From the human T2T-CHM13v2.0 reference genome, Homo sapiens, in NCBI RefSeq assembly GCF_009914755.1, contig NC_060947.1: 64,000 bases of DNA, one strand, 5' to 3'. This document shows positions 1 through 16,147 of the stretch, in pieces. Numbering within the stretch: position 1 is the first letter of the stretch; every line of letters begins with the position of its first letter. Both the position numbers and the translations under genes were made by a program. Below the pieces are notes generated by a model. It was not told where the DNA came from and did not search any database. It saw only the letters and a program-made list of their open reading frames with translations.

Positions 1-346
1 AGGAAAATTTATGTATCACATTAATAATATCAAACCATGCCAGTCACAGTCATGCATGCCTGTAATCCCAGCACTTTGGGAGGCTGAGGCAGGAGGATTA
101 CTGGAGTCCTTTCTACAAAAAATAAAAATAGCTGCACATGGTGGCATGTGCTTGTAGTCCAGCTACTTGGGAGGCTAAAGAGGAAAGATTGCTTGAGCCC
201 AGGAGTTTAAGTCTGCAGCAAGCTATGATTGCACCACTGCACTGCAGCCTGGGTGACAGAGTGAGATCCTATCTATATCTATATCTATTTGCAAAATAAT
301 ATACTCTTCTCACTTAACCCAAAAATCATTCTAGGACCCATATACT
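1..346 (+). pseudogene. ND4: NUMT ND4 3' end, split by AluJ
   Basis: 2-37 reads GKFMYHINNIKP; ~303-346 reads like SLNPKIILGPMY directly before tRNA-His. Confidence 0.8.
40..272 (+). mobile_element. AluJ (internally deleted left arm) inserted in NUMT ND4
   Basis: CCTGTAATCCCAGCACTTTGGGAGG; J-type GATTGCTTGAGCCCAGGAG...GCTATGATTGCACC. Confidence 0.9.
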
Positions 347-415
347 GTAAATATAGTTTGAATGAAACATTAGGTTATAAATGTAACAGCAGAAAATTAA
401 AACTTCTTATTTTTT
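347..415 (+). pseudogene. NUMT tRNA-His
   Basis: GTAAATATAGTTT...AAACATTAG; position after ND4. Confidence 0.85.
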
Positions 416-1916
<1,501 letters not shown>

Positions 1917-1986
1917 ACTTTTAAAGGGTAGAAGTAATCTGTTGGCCTTAGGAGCCAAAAAATCGATACAACTCCAAATAAAAGTA
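1917..1986 (+). pseudogene. NUMT tRNA-Leu(CUN)
   Basis: ACTTTTAAAGG...TTGGCCTTAGG...CAACTCCAAATAAAAGTA. Confidence 0.9.
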
Positions 1987-1987
1987 A

Positions 1988-2651
1988 ATAAATATATTTT
2001 TTCATTTTTTTCACAATTTCACTAATCCTCCTAATTCTACCAATTATTGTAACTATAACTACTGTTTATAAAGTTATTTCTAACCTCACTATGTAAAAAC
2101 CTCTATTTCATACACTTTTACAACCAACCCCATTCCAGCCATAATATTGACTTGCTTGAGCCAATAAATAATTATTTCAAACTGTCACGATCCAAACTTT
2201 AAAATTAACACTCACCTTCAAGCTAGATTATGTCTTTTTAAAAATTTTAAAAAATTTCCATAGGTTCTTGGGGAACAGGTGGTGTTTGCTTACCTGAGTA
2301 AGTTCTTTAGTAGTGATTTATGAAATTTTGGTGCACCCATCACCAGCGCAGTATACACTGTACCCAATTTGTAGTCTTTTATTCCTCACCCCACCCTTCC
2401 TCCAAGTCCCCAAAATCCATTGTTGCATTCTTACACCTTTGCATCCTCATAGCTTAGCTCTCACTTATGAGTGAGAACATATGATATTTGGTTTTCCATT
2501 CCTGAGTTACTTTACTTAGAATAATTGTCTCCAATTCCATCCAGGTTGCTGTAAATGCCATTATTTTGTTCTTTTTTTATGGCTGAGTAGTATTTCATCT
2601 ACATCTATATCTATATCTATATATGTTTGTGTATATATATATGTATGTGTG

Positions 2652-2683
<32 letters not shown>

Positions 2684-5104
2684 TACATACATATACATTT
2701 TCTTTATTCACTCATTGATTGATGGGCATTTGGGCTGGTTCCATATTTTTGCAATTGCGAATTCTGCTGTTACAAACATGCACGGGAAAGTATCTTTTTC
2801 ATATAATGATTTCTTTTCCTCTGGGTAGATACCCAGTAGTGGGATTGCTGGATCATATAGTAGTTCTACTTTTAGTTGTTTAAGGAATCTCCACACTGTT
2901 TTCCATAGTGGTTGTACTAGTTTACATTCCCATCAGCAGTGTGAGTGTTCCCTTTTCACTGCATCTCTGCCAACATCTATTTTTTTTTTATTTTTAGATT
3001 ATGCCCATTCTTGCAGGAGTAAGATGGTATTGCATTATGGTTTTGACTTGCATTTCCCTTATCATTAATGATGCTGAGCATTTTTTCATATGTTTGTTGG
3101 CCATTTGTATATCTTCTTTTGAGAATTTTCTATTCATGTCCTTAGCCCATTTTTTGATGGGATTGTTTGTTTTTTCTTGCTAATTTGTTTGAGTTCCTTG
3201 TAGATTCTGGATATTAGTCCTTTGTCGGACTAATATCTGATTGTGAAGATTTTTAACCACTCTGTGGGTTGTCTGTTTACCCTGCTGGTTGTTTCTTTTG
3301 CCGTGCAGAAGCTCTTTAGTTTAATTAAGTCCCACCTATTTATCATTGTTTTTGTTGAATTTGCTTTTGGGTTCTTGGTCATGAAGTCTTTGCCTAAGTC
3401 AATGTCAAGAAGGGTTTTTCCAGTGTTATCTTCTAGGATTTTTATGGTTTCAGGTCTTAGATTTCAGCACTTGATCCATCTTGAGTTGATTTTTGTATAA
3501 GGCGAGAAATGAGGATCCAGTTTCATTCTTCTACATGTGGCTTGCCAATTATCCCAGCACCATTTGTTGAATAGGTTTTTATCAGTAGCATTTTTTATTA
3601 CATGATCTATCATAGAGTTCTCAATATGCTATATACATTCAGATCCAAACATTAACTGATTCTTTAAGTATTTGCTCATATTTCTTATCACTATACTATT
3701 TCTAGTTACTCTCAACAACTCCTTTCAACTGTTTGAGAACAAGCAAGAATTATATTATTTTTGTCAATTGATTATATGGTTGAATAGACACAAATACAGC
3801 AGCCCTCCAAACAATTTTATGTAACTGCATGGGAGATACTGGATTTATACTACAATAATATGGGTTTTTTATTATATTCAAATACATGAGAATGCAACAA
3901 ATTTTTATGCTCAATTCCTATCCCAATATCCTTCCATTAAGTGGAGTCATTCTGGCAACTGACAAGTTTGCCCAATTTGGCCTTCACCCATTATTACCAT
4001 CAGAAATAGAAGGTCCAACACTTGTCTCAGCCCTACTCCATTTCATCACAGTGTTATAACAGGGGCTCTTAACCCAATTTTATGCACTAATAGAAAATAA
4101 TAAAACAATCCAAACACTAAAAATATGCTGAGGTGCTATTACCACTACATTTACGGCAATTTGTGCCCTAACACAAAGTGACATCAAAAAGATTGTCACA
4201 TTTTGTACCTCAAGACAACTAGGTCTTATAATAGTCATTATTGGTATTAATCAACTACATCTAGCACTTCTCCACATCTAGACACATGCATTCTTTAAAG
4301 CTATACTATTTATATATTCAGAGCCATCATCCACAACCTTAATGATGATCAAGATATTCAAAAAATAGGATGTCTATTTAAATACATACCTCTTCAATCC
4401 TCCTTACTTATTATTGGAAGCCTTGCACTCATAGGCATACCTTCCCTTACAGGCTTCTACTTCAAAGACTTATTTATCAAAACTGCAAGCATGTTGTATA
4501 CTACTGCCTGAGCCCTTTTAATCACACTTATCACCACCTCCCTAACAGCTGTCTACAGTACTCAAATTGTCTTTTTTGCACTCCTAGGACTACCTAGTTT
4601 TTCAGCTTTCATTATTATCGGTGAAATTAACTCCTTCCTAATTAATTCAATTAAACCTTTAACAATTGGTAGTATTTTTGCTTTTTTAAAAATTTCCAAC
4701 AACATTTCTCCTGTAACTATTCCCCAAATGACTATGCCATTATACCTAAAACTTTCAGCCCTTGCCATAACTATCTTAGGCTTCATTATGGCAATTAGAA
4801 TTTAACCTAATAACATGTAATCTCAAATTTGAATTCTCCTCATACATATATAAATTTTCTAACCTTCTAGGGTTTTTCCAACAGTTGTTCACCATTTATC
4901 AGCGTACCTAAACCTTTCTAAAAGTCAAAATACAGCATCACTTTAATTAGACTTGACTAGAAAAATACCAAAAATTATCTCATCTCCAAATAATAGCCTC
5001 AGTAAGTATCCCTAACCAAAATGGCCTAATTAAATTATATTTTTTCTCTTTCTTCATTTCATTTTTATTATCTATACTTCTAGCCACTTAATTACTGTGA
5101 GTAA
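1988..5104 (+). pseudogene. ND5: NUMT ND5 (degraded), interrupted by L1PB at ~2236-3575
   Basis: AAGCTAGATTAT (KLDY) before the L1, resuming GTAGCATTTTTTATTACATGATCTATCATAGAGTTC; GACATCAAAAAGATTGT; GCATTCTTTAAAGCTATACTATT; ends GAGTAA. Confidence 0.93.
2236..3575 (-). mobile_element. L1PB-type 5'-truncated LINE-1 inside ND5 pseudogene
   Basis: TTTCCATAGGTT..GGGGAACAGGTGG 3' end signature; ORF2 C-terminal peptide ...[17 protein letters not shown]. Confidence 0.9.
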
Positions 5105-5611
5105 TTTCAATAACAACAAAATATTAACAAAAGGATCAGTCACTTACGACCATGAATCAACTCCATTAACTGTACAATGCAACCACACCTATAGAATCTT
5201 CACAAAGAAGCCTGACTTCTTTACCCTCAAAAATCACCCAATCCTCTAAATTTTTGAAATCAATAATAATTTTTATTTCATCATAGCCTATTATTTATAC
5301 AATGATTAAATAATTATATTAATAATCCTAACTATTGTTAGGATTTGAACCTCCCCCAAATAACAACACCAGATCCTCACATTTCAGGATTGTATTTAGT
5401 AGCTATGGTTATAGGATTCTAAATACTACCAGTATCCCTGCTAAATAAATTTAAAACACTATCATTCCCATAAAACATCCACCAAAATTTATTACAATCC
5501 TGCATTCCACACCACCATTGATAACCCTAAACCCATGTAATAGGTAAAAGTTTTGAAGAAAGTCCTATGATGCCTACAACAAAAATAGTAACAAAATATA
5601 GTATATGTCAT
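5088..5611 (-). pseudogene. ND6: NUMT ND6
   Basis: Overlaps ND5 end; CCTAAACCCATGTAATAGGT...TTTGAAGAAA; start codon (CAT on +) next to tRNA-Glu. Confidence 0.85.
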
Positions 5612-5612
5612 A

Positions 5613-5680
5613 ATTCTCACATGGAATCTAATCATGACCAATCACGTGAAAAATCATCATTGCACGTCAACTGTCAGAGC
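5613..5680 (-). pseudogene. NUMT tRNA-Glu
   Basis: ATTCTCACATGGAATCTAATCATGACCAAT..GAAAAATCATC. Confidence 0.85.
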
Positions 5681-5684
5681 TCTG

Positions 5685-6771
5685 ATAACCAACATTTAAA
5701 AATCTCACTTCCTAATAAAAATTCTTATTTATTGATCTACCTGCACCATAAAACAACTCAACATGAAGAAATTTCGGTTTCTTCAGACTGAGTTTGCCTA
5801 GCTTTACAAATCATTACAGGGCTTTTCCTAGCTATACACTGTACCTCAGACACAGTAACTGTGTTTTCCTCTATCACACACATCTGCTGAAATGTAAGCT
5901 ATGGCTGAATCATTTAATATCTGCCTGCTAATGGATATCTATATTCTTTATCTGTTTATTCATGTAGGCTGAGGTCTGTACCTTTCTAGAAACCTGAAAC
6001 ATTGGAATTATTCTTTTATTCACAGTAATAGCTATAGCATTCATAGGCTATGTCTTACCATGAAGAGAAACAACAATCACAAATTTACTATCAACTATTC
6101 CATACGTTGGCACCAACCTGTTAGAATGAATCTGAGGTGGATTTTCTCTTGACAAGGCAACTTCACACAATTCTTCACCTCTCATTTTATTCTGCCATTC
6201 ATTGTTTCAGCTCTAATTATTGTGCACCTTTTATTCCCACATGAAACAGGATCAAATAACCCAAGGAATCTCAACCAACTCAAATAAAATCCCATTCCAC
6301 TCCTATCACAAAATTAAAGGCATTTTAGGATTTATTTTTCTACTATCACTTCTACTCAAACTTGTTTTATTCTCCCCTGACTTTTTAGGAAACCCAGATT
6401 ATATTCCAGCAAATCCCCTCAATATACCACCTCATATTAAACCAGAGTGATATCTTCTATTTGCCTGTGTAATTTAGGATCTACTCCCAATAAACTAGGA
6501 GGTGTCATAGCCCTTGTGCTCTTAATCATAATTTTAGCAATCATCCCAATCCTTCAGTTATCTAAACAACGAAGCATGATATTCCAGGTACTAAGCCAAT
6601 GCCTATTCTGGGTTGTAGTATTATAATAACCTCATATTCACACAAATCGAAGGTCAATCAGTAGAACACCCTTTCATTATTATTGAACAACTATTATCCA
6701 TTTTATATTTTTCCCTTGTTCTCATATTAATACCACTTACTAGCCTAATCAAGAATAAACTTCAATGAAGA
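5685..6771 (+). pseudogene. CYTB: NUMT cytochrome b
   Basis: Starts ATAACCAACATT; [14 protein letters not shown] in ORF 6220-6450; CATGAAACAGGATCAAATAACCCA; ends CAATGAAGA. Confidence 0.95.
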
Positions 6772-6837
6772 GTTCTTGTAGTTTATTAAATTTGGTCTTG
6801 TAAACCAAAAATGGAGAGCACCTCTCCCCAGCGCAGT
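6772..6837 (+). pseudogene. NUMT tRNA-Thr
   Basis: GTTCTTGTAGT...TGGTCTTGTAAACCAAAAATGGAG. Confidence 0.85.
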
Positions 6838-6894
6838 CAAAGGAAAAGCTATTCACTCCACTATCAGCACCCAAAGCTGATATTCTATTCCCTG
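6838..6894 (-). pseudogene. NUMT tRNA-Pro
   Basis: CACTATCAGCACCCAAAGCTGATATTCT. Confidence 0.85.
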
Positions 6895-8061
6895 ATTCTT
6901 ATACTGAATGCAAAGAAATTGTTCTTGAGTTCTATGTCAGTATGGAAAAAAAACATAAAATCTAATCACCCTGTGTACATCATGCATCATGTAATTTACC
7001 CCATTAATTATGTAGTAGTACTATATACACTTCATCACACATTATACATTTTTATCTTATGGTGCTTTAAAATCCATTCCCCATGCATACAACCATGCAC
7101 ATCAAACTAATCACAGTGTGTAATACATTAAATTAAAAGTCCACACATATGGATTTAACCATGAGTATTGTTCCATACAGTAAGTTCTTCATTTTACATA
7201 GGACATAATATTATTGATCATACATAGCACAGGAAGTCAAATCCTTTTTTGACAACATGCTTATCACCTCCAATAGGATTTCTTGTCTACCAAGCTTTGA
7301 TAAATTAGCAGTCTGCTCAGGAAGTGTCCATCTTCTCACTCTGGACTCAGAAAACTTGGGGGTTTCTAGACTGAAACTATACCAGACATCTGGTTCTTAT
7401 TTCAGGGCCATGAGCTTATATCCATCCTCTTTTTCCTCTTAAATAAGACATCTCAATGGACTAATGACTAATCAACCCATGATCACTCATAACTGTGGTG
7501 TCATGCATTTGGTATTTTTTAATTTGGGGGGATGATGTGATCCAACATGGCTGTCAAGGCCTTGACAAAACTTGACTGTAGTTGAACTTAAATTGAATGT
7601 TATTTTCCCAAACAAAAACGATAAGGTGTTAATTAATCCATGCTCAATGGGCATAATAAAAACAAGATACAGTCACAGATGCATAATTATTCCCATCATA
7701 CATGATTAACTCTGCAAACTCCCTCTAATCCCCTACTTTAAGCTGTTACAGTATTTATGTAAATATCAATCTTTTATTCTTGCCAAACCCCCCAAACAAA
7801 AAATCTTATATCTGCTGATTATTACCTAAGGCTCTAATATGTACCCACATATTATTAAATTCAATTATAAACTTATCCAAAATATTATTTCAGCCTAACT
7901 CCTAATTAAAGCATTTTCTAAAACAAACAAAAAAATCCATTAAAAATTTGATTTTCTAAGCTAAAACTTTTTGTTTCTCAATAAGATTATCAAAAAACTC
8001 TCAATACTAGAATAATACTTAAATTTAGCAATTTCCCCTCGAGAGTATTCCCTAGATACAA
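6895..8061 (+). other. NUMT mitochondrial control region (D-loop), including the central conserved domain
   Basis: GACATCTGGTTCTTATTTCAGGGCCAT; CTCTTAAATAAGACATCTC; CATGCATTTGGTATTTTT; CSB-like TGCCAAACCCCCCAAAC. Confidence 0.9.
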
Positions 8062-8132
8062 GCTGATGTAGCTTAATTCAATAAAGCAAGCCACTGAAAA
8101 TGCCTGGATGAATTCATGTGACTTCATAAACA
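8062..8132 (+). pseudogene. NUMT tRNA-Phe
   Basis: GCTGATGTAGCTTAA...AAAGCAAGCCACTGAAAATGCCT. Confidence 0.9.
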
Positions 8133-9061
8133 CACAGGTTTGGTCCTGGCCTTTTCAGTGAGATTACATATGCAAGTGTCTGAATACCAGTGAGAATGCC
8201 CTCTAGATCAGTGGAAGATCAAAAGGAGCAGATACCAAGCACACTAATTAGTATCTCATAATGCCTTGCTCAACACACTCCCACAAGAAACAGCAGTGAT
8301 AGAAATTAAACAGTAAATGAAAGTTCGAGCAAGCTATAGTAATTTCCCATAGGGTTGGTAAATTTCGTGCCAGCCACTGAGGTCATATGATTAACCCAAA
8401 TCAATAGTACCCAACACGTTTATGATTATGTCTAACTAAAGCTAAACTGTAAGCCATAAAAGGCAATAGCTAAAATGAAAATAAACTATGAAAGTGACTT
8501 TATTATGTTCTGAATTTAAAATAGCTAAGACCCAAACTGGGATTAGATACCCTACTATGCTTAGCCATAAACTTAAATAACTGAATAAAGTTATTTGCCA
8601 GAGTACTACTACCAGCAACAGCCTAAATCTCAGAGGATTTGGCAGTGCTTTATATTCCTCTAGAGGAGGCTGTTCTATAATTGATAAACTCTGACAAACC
8701 TCTCCATCTCTTGCCGATTCAGCCGTATACTGCTGTCTTCAGCTAACCCTAAAAAGTCTTAATCACAAATATTTACATAAAAACGTTAGGTCAAGGTGTA
8801 GTCTATGAGATGGGAAGAAATGGGCTACAGTTGCTAATTAAAGAACACTCCACCTATAGTAACCCCTATGAAACTAAAGGTCAAAGGAGGATTTAGTAGT
8901 AAATTAGGAATAGAGAGCTTAGTTGAATGAACATGAACACACCACCTATCAGCCTCCTGAAATACTTTAACAAACCCAAATTTATAATTAACACAAATTT
9001 ATGTATAAAAGAAGGTAAGTCACAACAAAATAATCATACTGGAAAGTGTGCTTAGGTAAAC
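8133..9061 (+). pseudogene. NUMT 12S rRNA
   Basis: GGTTTGGTCCTGGCCTT; GGTAAATTTCGTGCCAGCCAC; CAAACTGGGATTAGATACCC; ACGTTAGGTCAAGGTGTAG; CTGGAAAGTGTGCTT. Confidence 0.96.
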
Positions 9062-9130
9062 CAAAATGTATCTGAATTCAAAACACCTGGCTTACACCCA
9101 GAAGATTTCATATTAATCTGACTACTTTGA
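9062..9130 (+). pseudogene. NUMT tRNA-Val
   Basis: CTGGCTTACACCCAGAAGATTTCA. Confidence 0.88.
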
Positions 9131-9284
9131 ACCAAAACTAACAAAACTCAACAATTACATATATTTAAATGAAAACATTCATTCATAAAAAGTATAGAAG
9201 ATAGAAATTTATTTAGGTGCTATAGAAATAGTACTGTAAGGGAACAATGCTAAGAATAATTTTTAAAGTACAAAAAAAGCAAAG
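9131..9284 (+). pseudogene. NUMT 16S rRNA 5' fragment (right NUMT border)
   Basis: AAAGTATAGAAGATAGAAAT; GCTATAGAAATAGTACTGTAAGGGAA; AAAAAGCAAAG then abrupt switch to L1. Confidence 0.88.
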
Positions 9285-9289
9285 CCACA

Positions 9290-11400
<2,111 letters not shown>

Positions 11401-12259
11401 TACATTTCTGCATATTTTATTTTCACTGAGCTGTCAGCTGCCAAATGTTTAACAGTAGCTGTTAATCTTCTAGGTTGAGATCTCAGGCTATAAAACGGAA
11501 AAGGTACCTGATACTTAACAAGCATTTGCCTGTGTTTCCATGTCAGCTTTCAGAAGTTATTGAAAGTGTACTGTAACTCGAGGAAAAAATGTCCCAGAGA
11601 CAAATCAACAGGTCATCTCCAGAAAAATCCATTATAAAATAGTTTAGTAGATTTCAGCTTTCTATGTGCTCAGAATTGAATCTGTTGAATTGTGGGGTTT
11701 GTTACCTACTCCCCATCACCAGCAATCCATCTCAATGAATTCCTGGGATCTTGGGTGTTGAGAAAGAAAGAGAGAGAGAGAGAACATGTATGTATGTGAG
11801 TATGTATGTGGGTATGAATGTGTATATTGCTGAAGCTGCCAGAAGTATTTATGGTGAGGAATACCTCAGGTTAATTACTGTAGTCATATCAGACCAGTTT
11901 AGTTCCTAGGACATACTAGAAAACAAATCAAAGTGATGGTTATTTTCTTTTCCAAGCTGTCTTGGCCCACATTGTTACCATGGTGACTCAGTGACTGCCA
12001 TGACATTTGGTACAGAATGAGCATTTGTTTATGTTTTTTGCCTGAATCACGTATTATTATGATAGTTGTTAAGTGAATGTTTTCCAATTCTGATATTCCT
12101 TCTGGAATTATTAGTTTGCATCTGAGAAAAAGATAGAGCTTTTTCTTTTCCCTTATTTATTTATCAATGTATTTATTAACATTTATTTATGTCAATATGA
12201 CTCTGAGATTCCCATGTTCCTCAAAGGATTACCCTCTGTAGTTATTAGTATACATTTTT

Positions 12260-12676
12260 TGTATTAGGCCATTCTTGTGCTGTTATACAAAAATACCTGA
12301 GACGGTAATTTATGAAGAAAAAGGTTTAATTGGCTCATGGTTCTGCAGGCTGGACAGAAAGCATGGTCCCAGGATCTGCTTGGCTTCTAGGGAAGCCTCA
12401 GAGAGCTTTTAATCATGGCAGAAGGCAAAGCAGTAGCAGGCATGTCACATGCCAAGAGTGGGAGCAAGAGAGACAGACAAGGGGAAGGTTTCAGACTTTT
12501 AAACAACCAGATGAACTAACTGATGGAGAACTCACTTATCACCAAGGGGATAGCACTAAACCATTCATGAGAAATCCACCCCCATCATCCAGTCACACCC
12601 CATCAGGCTTCACTTTCAACAATGGGAATTGCAATTCTACATGAGATTCAGAGGGGATAATATCCAAACCATATCA
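12260..12676 (-). mobile_element. MST-family (MaLR) solo LTR
   Basis: TGTATTAGGCCATTCTTG...AGGTTTAATTGGCTCATGGTTCTGCAGGCTG...CAAACCATATCA. Confidence 0.88.
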
Positions 12677-13899
12677 ATTTTGGTGCTCAAGTGTTCTCAA
12701 AACTGGCTAGTGGGAGCCCCTTAAAGTAGGCCTCATGTCCATTTGAAGCTTCCATAAAATTCCTTGAATATGTACTTGGCCCCCTAAGCCTATTATCCCT
12801 CATCTGTAGAAAGGAAGCTCTGATGTCAGCCTCAGAACATCACTGTGAGGACTTGAAGATAAAAAGTCTGAAAATAACAACCTACAGTGTATGGTACCTA
12901 GTAGACTATCAGCAAATGGTAATTCCCCATTCCAACTTGCCTCTTCCATTCTGTCAATGGAATGCCTCTGGCGTTAACATAATGGCCTAACTACTAGAGC
13001 AAATACTTGGAAATGTAACATCAAGCAGGAATAAGCCCACATTTCCATTATGTGTGAGCTTCAGTGTCACTGCTGTGTGTGGGAGGGGTTCTGGGATGGA
13101 GTTGAGGAAGAGGAAAAACATCACTGCTCAGCTTCCAGTTAACTGAGTGGGGATAGGCCAGACATCATCACCCCATCCCCTGCATTTCATGTGCTTTCTT
13201 ATCCTCTTACTTTCTTCTCTATTCCATGTGCTTTCTTATCCCCTTACTCTCTCTTCTAGTTTAACATCAGAGACTCTGAAAGCCTCTTAGGTTACTGGAG
13301 CAAGAGGAAAGAGACCCAAGTCACATCATGGGGACACTTTAGGCAGGGCATACCTTTCTGCCAGTTTTGTCTATCCAATGGGATAATAATACCCACGCCT
13401 CTAGACCACCCAGGAATACTCTGGAATTTAAGTGTGATCCCATGTGGCAATCTGCGGTCTTATGTGGTGGGGAAGAACCAGTGAACTTTCAGCTAAGTAT
13501 ATTAACAGAGCAAATGCAGATATCCCAGAACTTTGTATGGTGGGCATTAAATTTATGGTACCCAACTCTGAGCTGTTTAGGTCAGGATTTTTACAAGTGT
13601 GATCTATGGACCACTTCATCAGATTTGTCCACAGTTGCTTGCTAAAATTGCACATACTTGAGGCCATCCTAGATCTGCAGAATCAAAACCAGGGAGGTGA
13701 AGTGAGAGGTGTCTAGATTTTGAGTAATTTCTTTTGTTGTTTCTGTTACTCATCCACAATTGAAAAGCAATGCTATGGATGGCAACAAGGTCTATAAAAA
13801 GTTTAAATCCTTTGATGTCTAATTTCATTGTTAGTTGCTCCTGCTACTCAGCTTTAAATTTCTGTGTCTTCTCTTGTGTGTCCAGTAGGTAACAATTTT

Positions 13900-14715
13900 T
13901 TCAATACAATAATTCTTATTCAGTGATTTATGTATGAGACACTGAAGAAACATCATAGAGAATAAAAGAAGAATCCCTGGAGCTATTGTTCTAGTTTGGG
14001 GAAACTGGCAATAAGCAGGTAAACAAATCAATGAGTGAGGCAATTTCATATGGGGATTTGTGTTTTGAAGAAAATGAACAGGTAGAGTAGAAAATGACTG
14101 AGACAGGGATTATTATAGATGGGGTTGTCAGTGAAGCTCTTTCTCAGGAAGTGATGCTTGAGCTGAGTCCTGAACAACAGAAAGAAGCCAGGCATGGAAA
14201 GGCCATTTTGTCAGTGTCCCTGTGCTGTGTGTGGGCACCATTGATCTAGGAGCAGAGGACAAGTTGAAGTGGCTGAAGCCTGGCACGTAAGTGCAGACAG
14301 GTGGGAGATGAGGTTGAAAGGGCAGACAAGAGCCACATGGTTTGGATCCTTTAAGGAGTTTGGGTTTTATTCTGAGTGTGGAAGGCTAGAGTACAGGAGT
14401 GACGTGATCTGATTCTTGTTATCAGAAAGTGTCTCTGGCCACTGTGTGGAGAATGGACTGGAGAGGGACAAAATAAGGAGTGGGGATAACCGTTAGAAGA
14501 ATATTGCAGAAATTCAGGGAAGAGGCACAGATGAATGGCACCAGGACTGCAGCTGTGTGCAGAGGAAGGGTTAGACCTGGACAGGTCGTGTTTGGAGGTA
14601 TGACACGGGGGACCTGCAATGGCTGTGTGCGTGGGGTGTGTGGGGATAAGGCACAGTCAAGGAGGACCCCTCAGCTGTTTGGCCGTACAGAGAAATGGTG
14701 GGCTGTTTTCTGAGA
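13900..14715 (-). mobile_element. L2 fragment
   Basis: GAGCTGAGTCCTGAA, TTTATTCTGAGTG, CTCTGGCCACTGTGTGGAGAATGGACT typical of antisense L2. Confidence 0.65.
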
Positions 14716-14814
14716 TCAGTCCTTCCAAGTGCTTTTGAGGCATTCTTAAGGTAATTAGTCAACCAACAGTGGTTGTAGTGAAAAAAAGTGATTTTAAAAA
14801 TGCATTAGTTGATG

Positions 14815-15020
14815 ACTGATATTCATACCTGAGGGTAGAGGGAGAGAGGAGAGTAAGGATTGAAAACTACCTACTGGGTACTATGCATATTACCTGAGTG
14901 GCAAAATAATCTCCACACCAAACCCCTGTGACACACGATTTGCCTGTATAACAAACCTTCACATGTACTCCTGAAACTAAAATCAAAGTTAAAAAGCAAA
15001 CAAAAACTTAAAAAATAAGT
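14815..15020 (+). mobile_element. Older L1PA 3' end fragment
   Basis: GAAAACTACCTACTGGGTACTATG...ACAAACCTTCACATGTACTCCTGAA plus A tail. Confidence 0.8.
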
Positions 15021-15935
15021 AAAATCAAAAGCTATATAAGGCAAAGATAGGTAAATATTACAGCAAAGTTAAAAACTATTATTTAACAAAAGATACCACA
15101 AACAAAAGTAGAGAACTCCAACAGATTTGAGGAAAATATGCCATTTTTATAATAAAGAATGAGTATCTGGATCATAAATAAATAAGAAAAAGGAAAAAGA
15201 AGACTCATTTGTAAGACTATTAAGCTTTATTGAATTGGCTTGATTTAATCTTTCCACAATGTAAACATATATCAAAACATTACAGTGTACCCCATAGTAT
15301 ATACAATTATGCCAGTTAAAATTAAAATTTTAAAAATACCTGAGTTGATAAATAGGATTCAGTTGCAAGACTATTAAGCTTTCTTTCCCCAGTATCTCTG
15401 CCTTAGATAGAATTTTCAAGTTAATGTGATCCCTGGCCATTTATATTTTTAAAAACCAGCACACAGGGACTTTTTAATTTTAATTTTAATTTTAAGTTCC
15501 ATGGTACATTTAAAATATGTTTTGTCCTCTATTGTAAGTACTATATAATACTGGTTTTACTGACAAGACTTTGAGTGATTTTATGGTGAAATAAAAGTAT
15601 TCAAAGTCACAAGATTTTTACATGGCAGAACTAGGGTTTGTCTCTAGTCTATATACAGAGCCTACACTCCTCTAACCAGTACACTTAGGAAGAAGAGACA
15701 GACATTTGTTGAACTATGTCAACCCATGGTGGTTGGTGTAACATTGAGACCATAGCTCTTTTATCTATGTTTCTGTAGTCATTCTACATTGTACCAGATG
15801 GTATTTAAGAAAAAGTAATAATTTTTAAAATAAAAACATTAATAAACATCATAGTTACTTTGTACTAGACAACTTGGCTGTTGATGTAGATAATTCGTTG
15901 GACCCCCAAGACGAATGAGTTCTCTTTCCTTTTAG

Positions 15936-16026
15936 GAACTCAGAGTGGTTTTCCAGATGGGAATCACATTGCTCTCTGTCCCTGAGATCTTGCTGGAGAC
16001 AGGGCTACTCAGTCCCTCTTTGCCAG
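15936..16026 (+). other. Candidate internal exon (91 nt) of a + strand spliced transcript
   Basis: Acceptor TTCTCTTTCCTTTTAG|G and donor CAG|GTGAGT; open frame ELRVVFQMGITLLSVPEILLETGLLSPSLP. Confidence 0.65.
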
Positions 16027-16147
16027 GTGAGTATAGATGCAGTGTGGTGACTTACTCAAGGGCACCTAGAGTTAGTGGGATAGGTCTGGCACTGTGGCCA
16101 GGTATGTCTCCTGTCCCATATCCATCTGCATGTCCATTATACACAGC

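Noticed and set aside
13185-13257. ~37-bp direct repeat
   Set aside because: Ordinary local tandem duplication of pyrimidine-rich sequence
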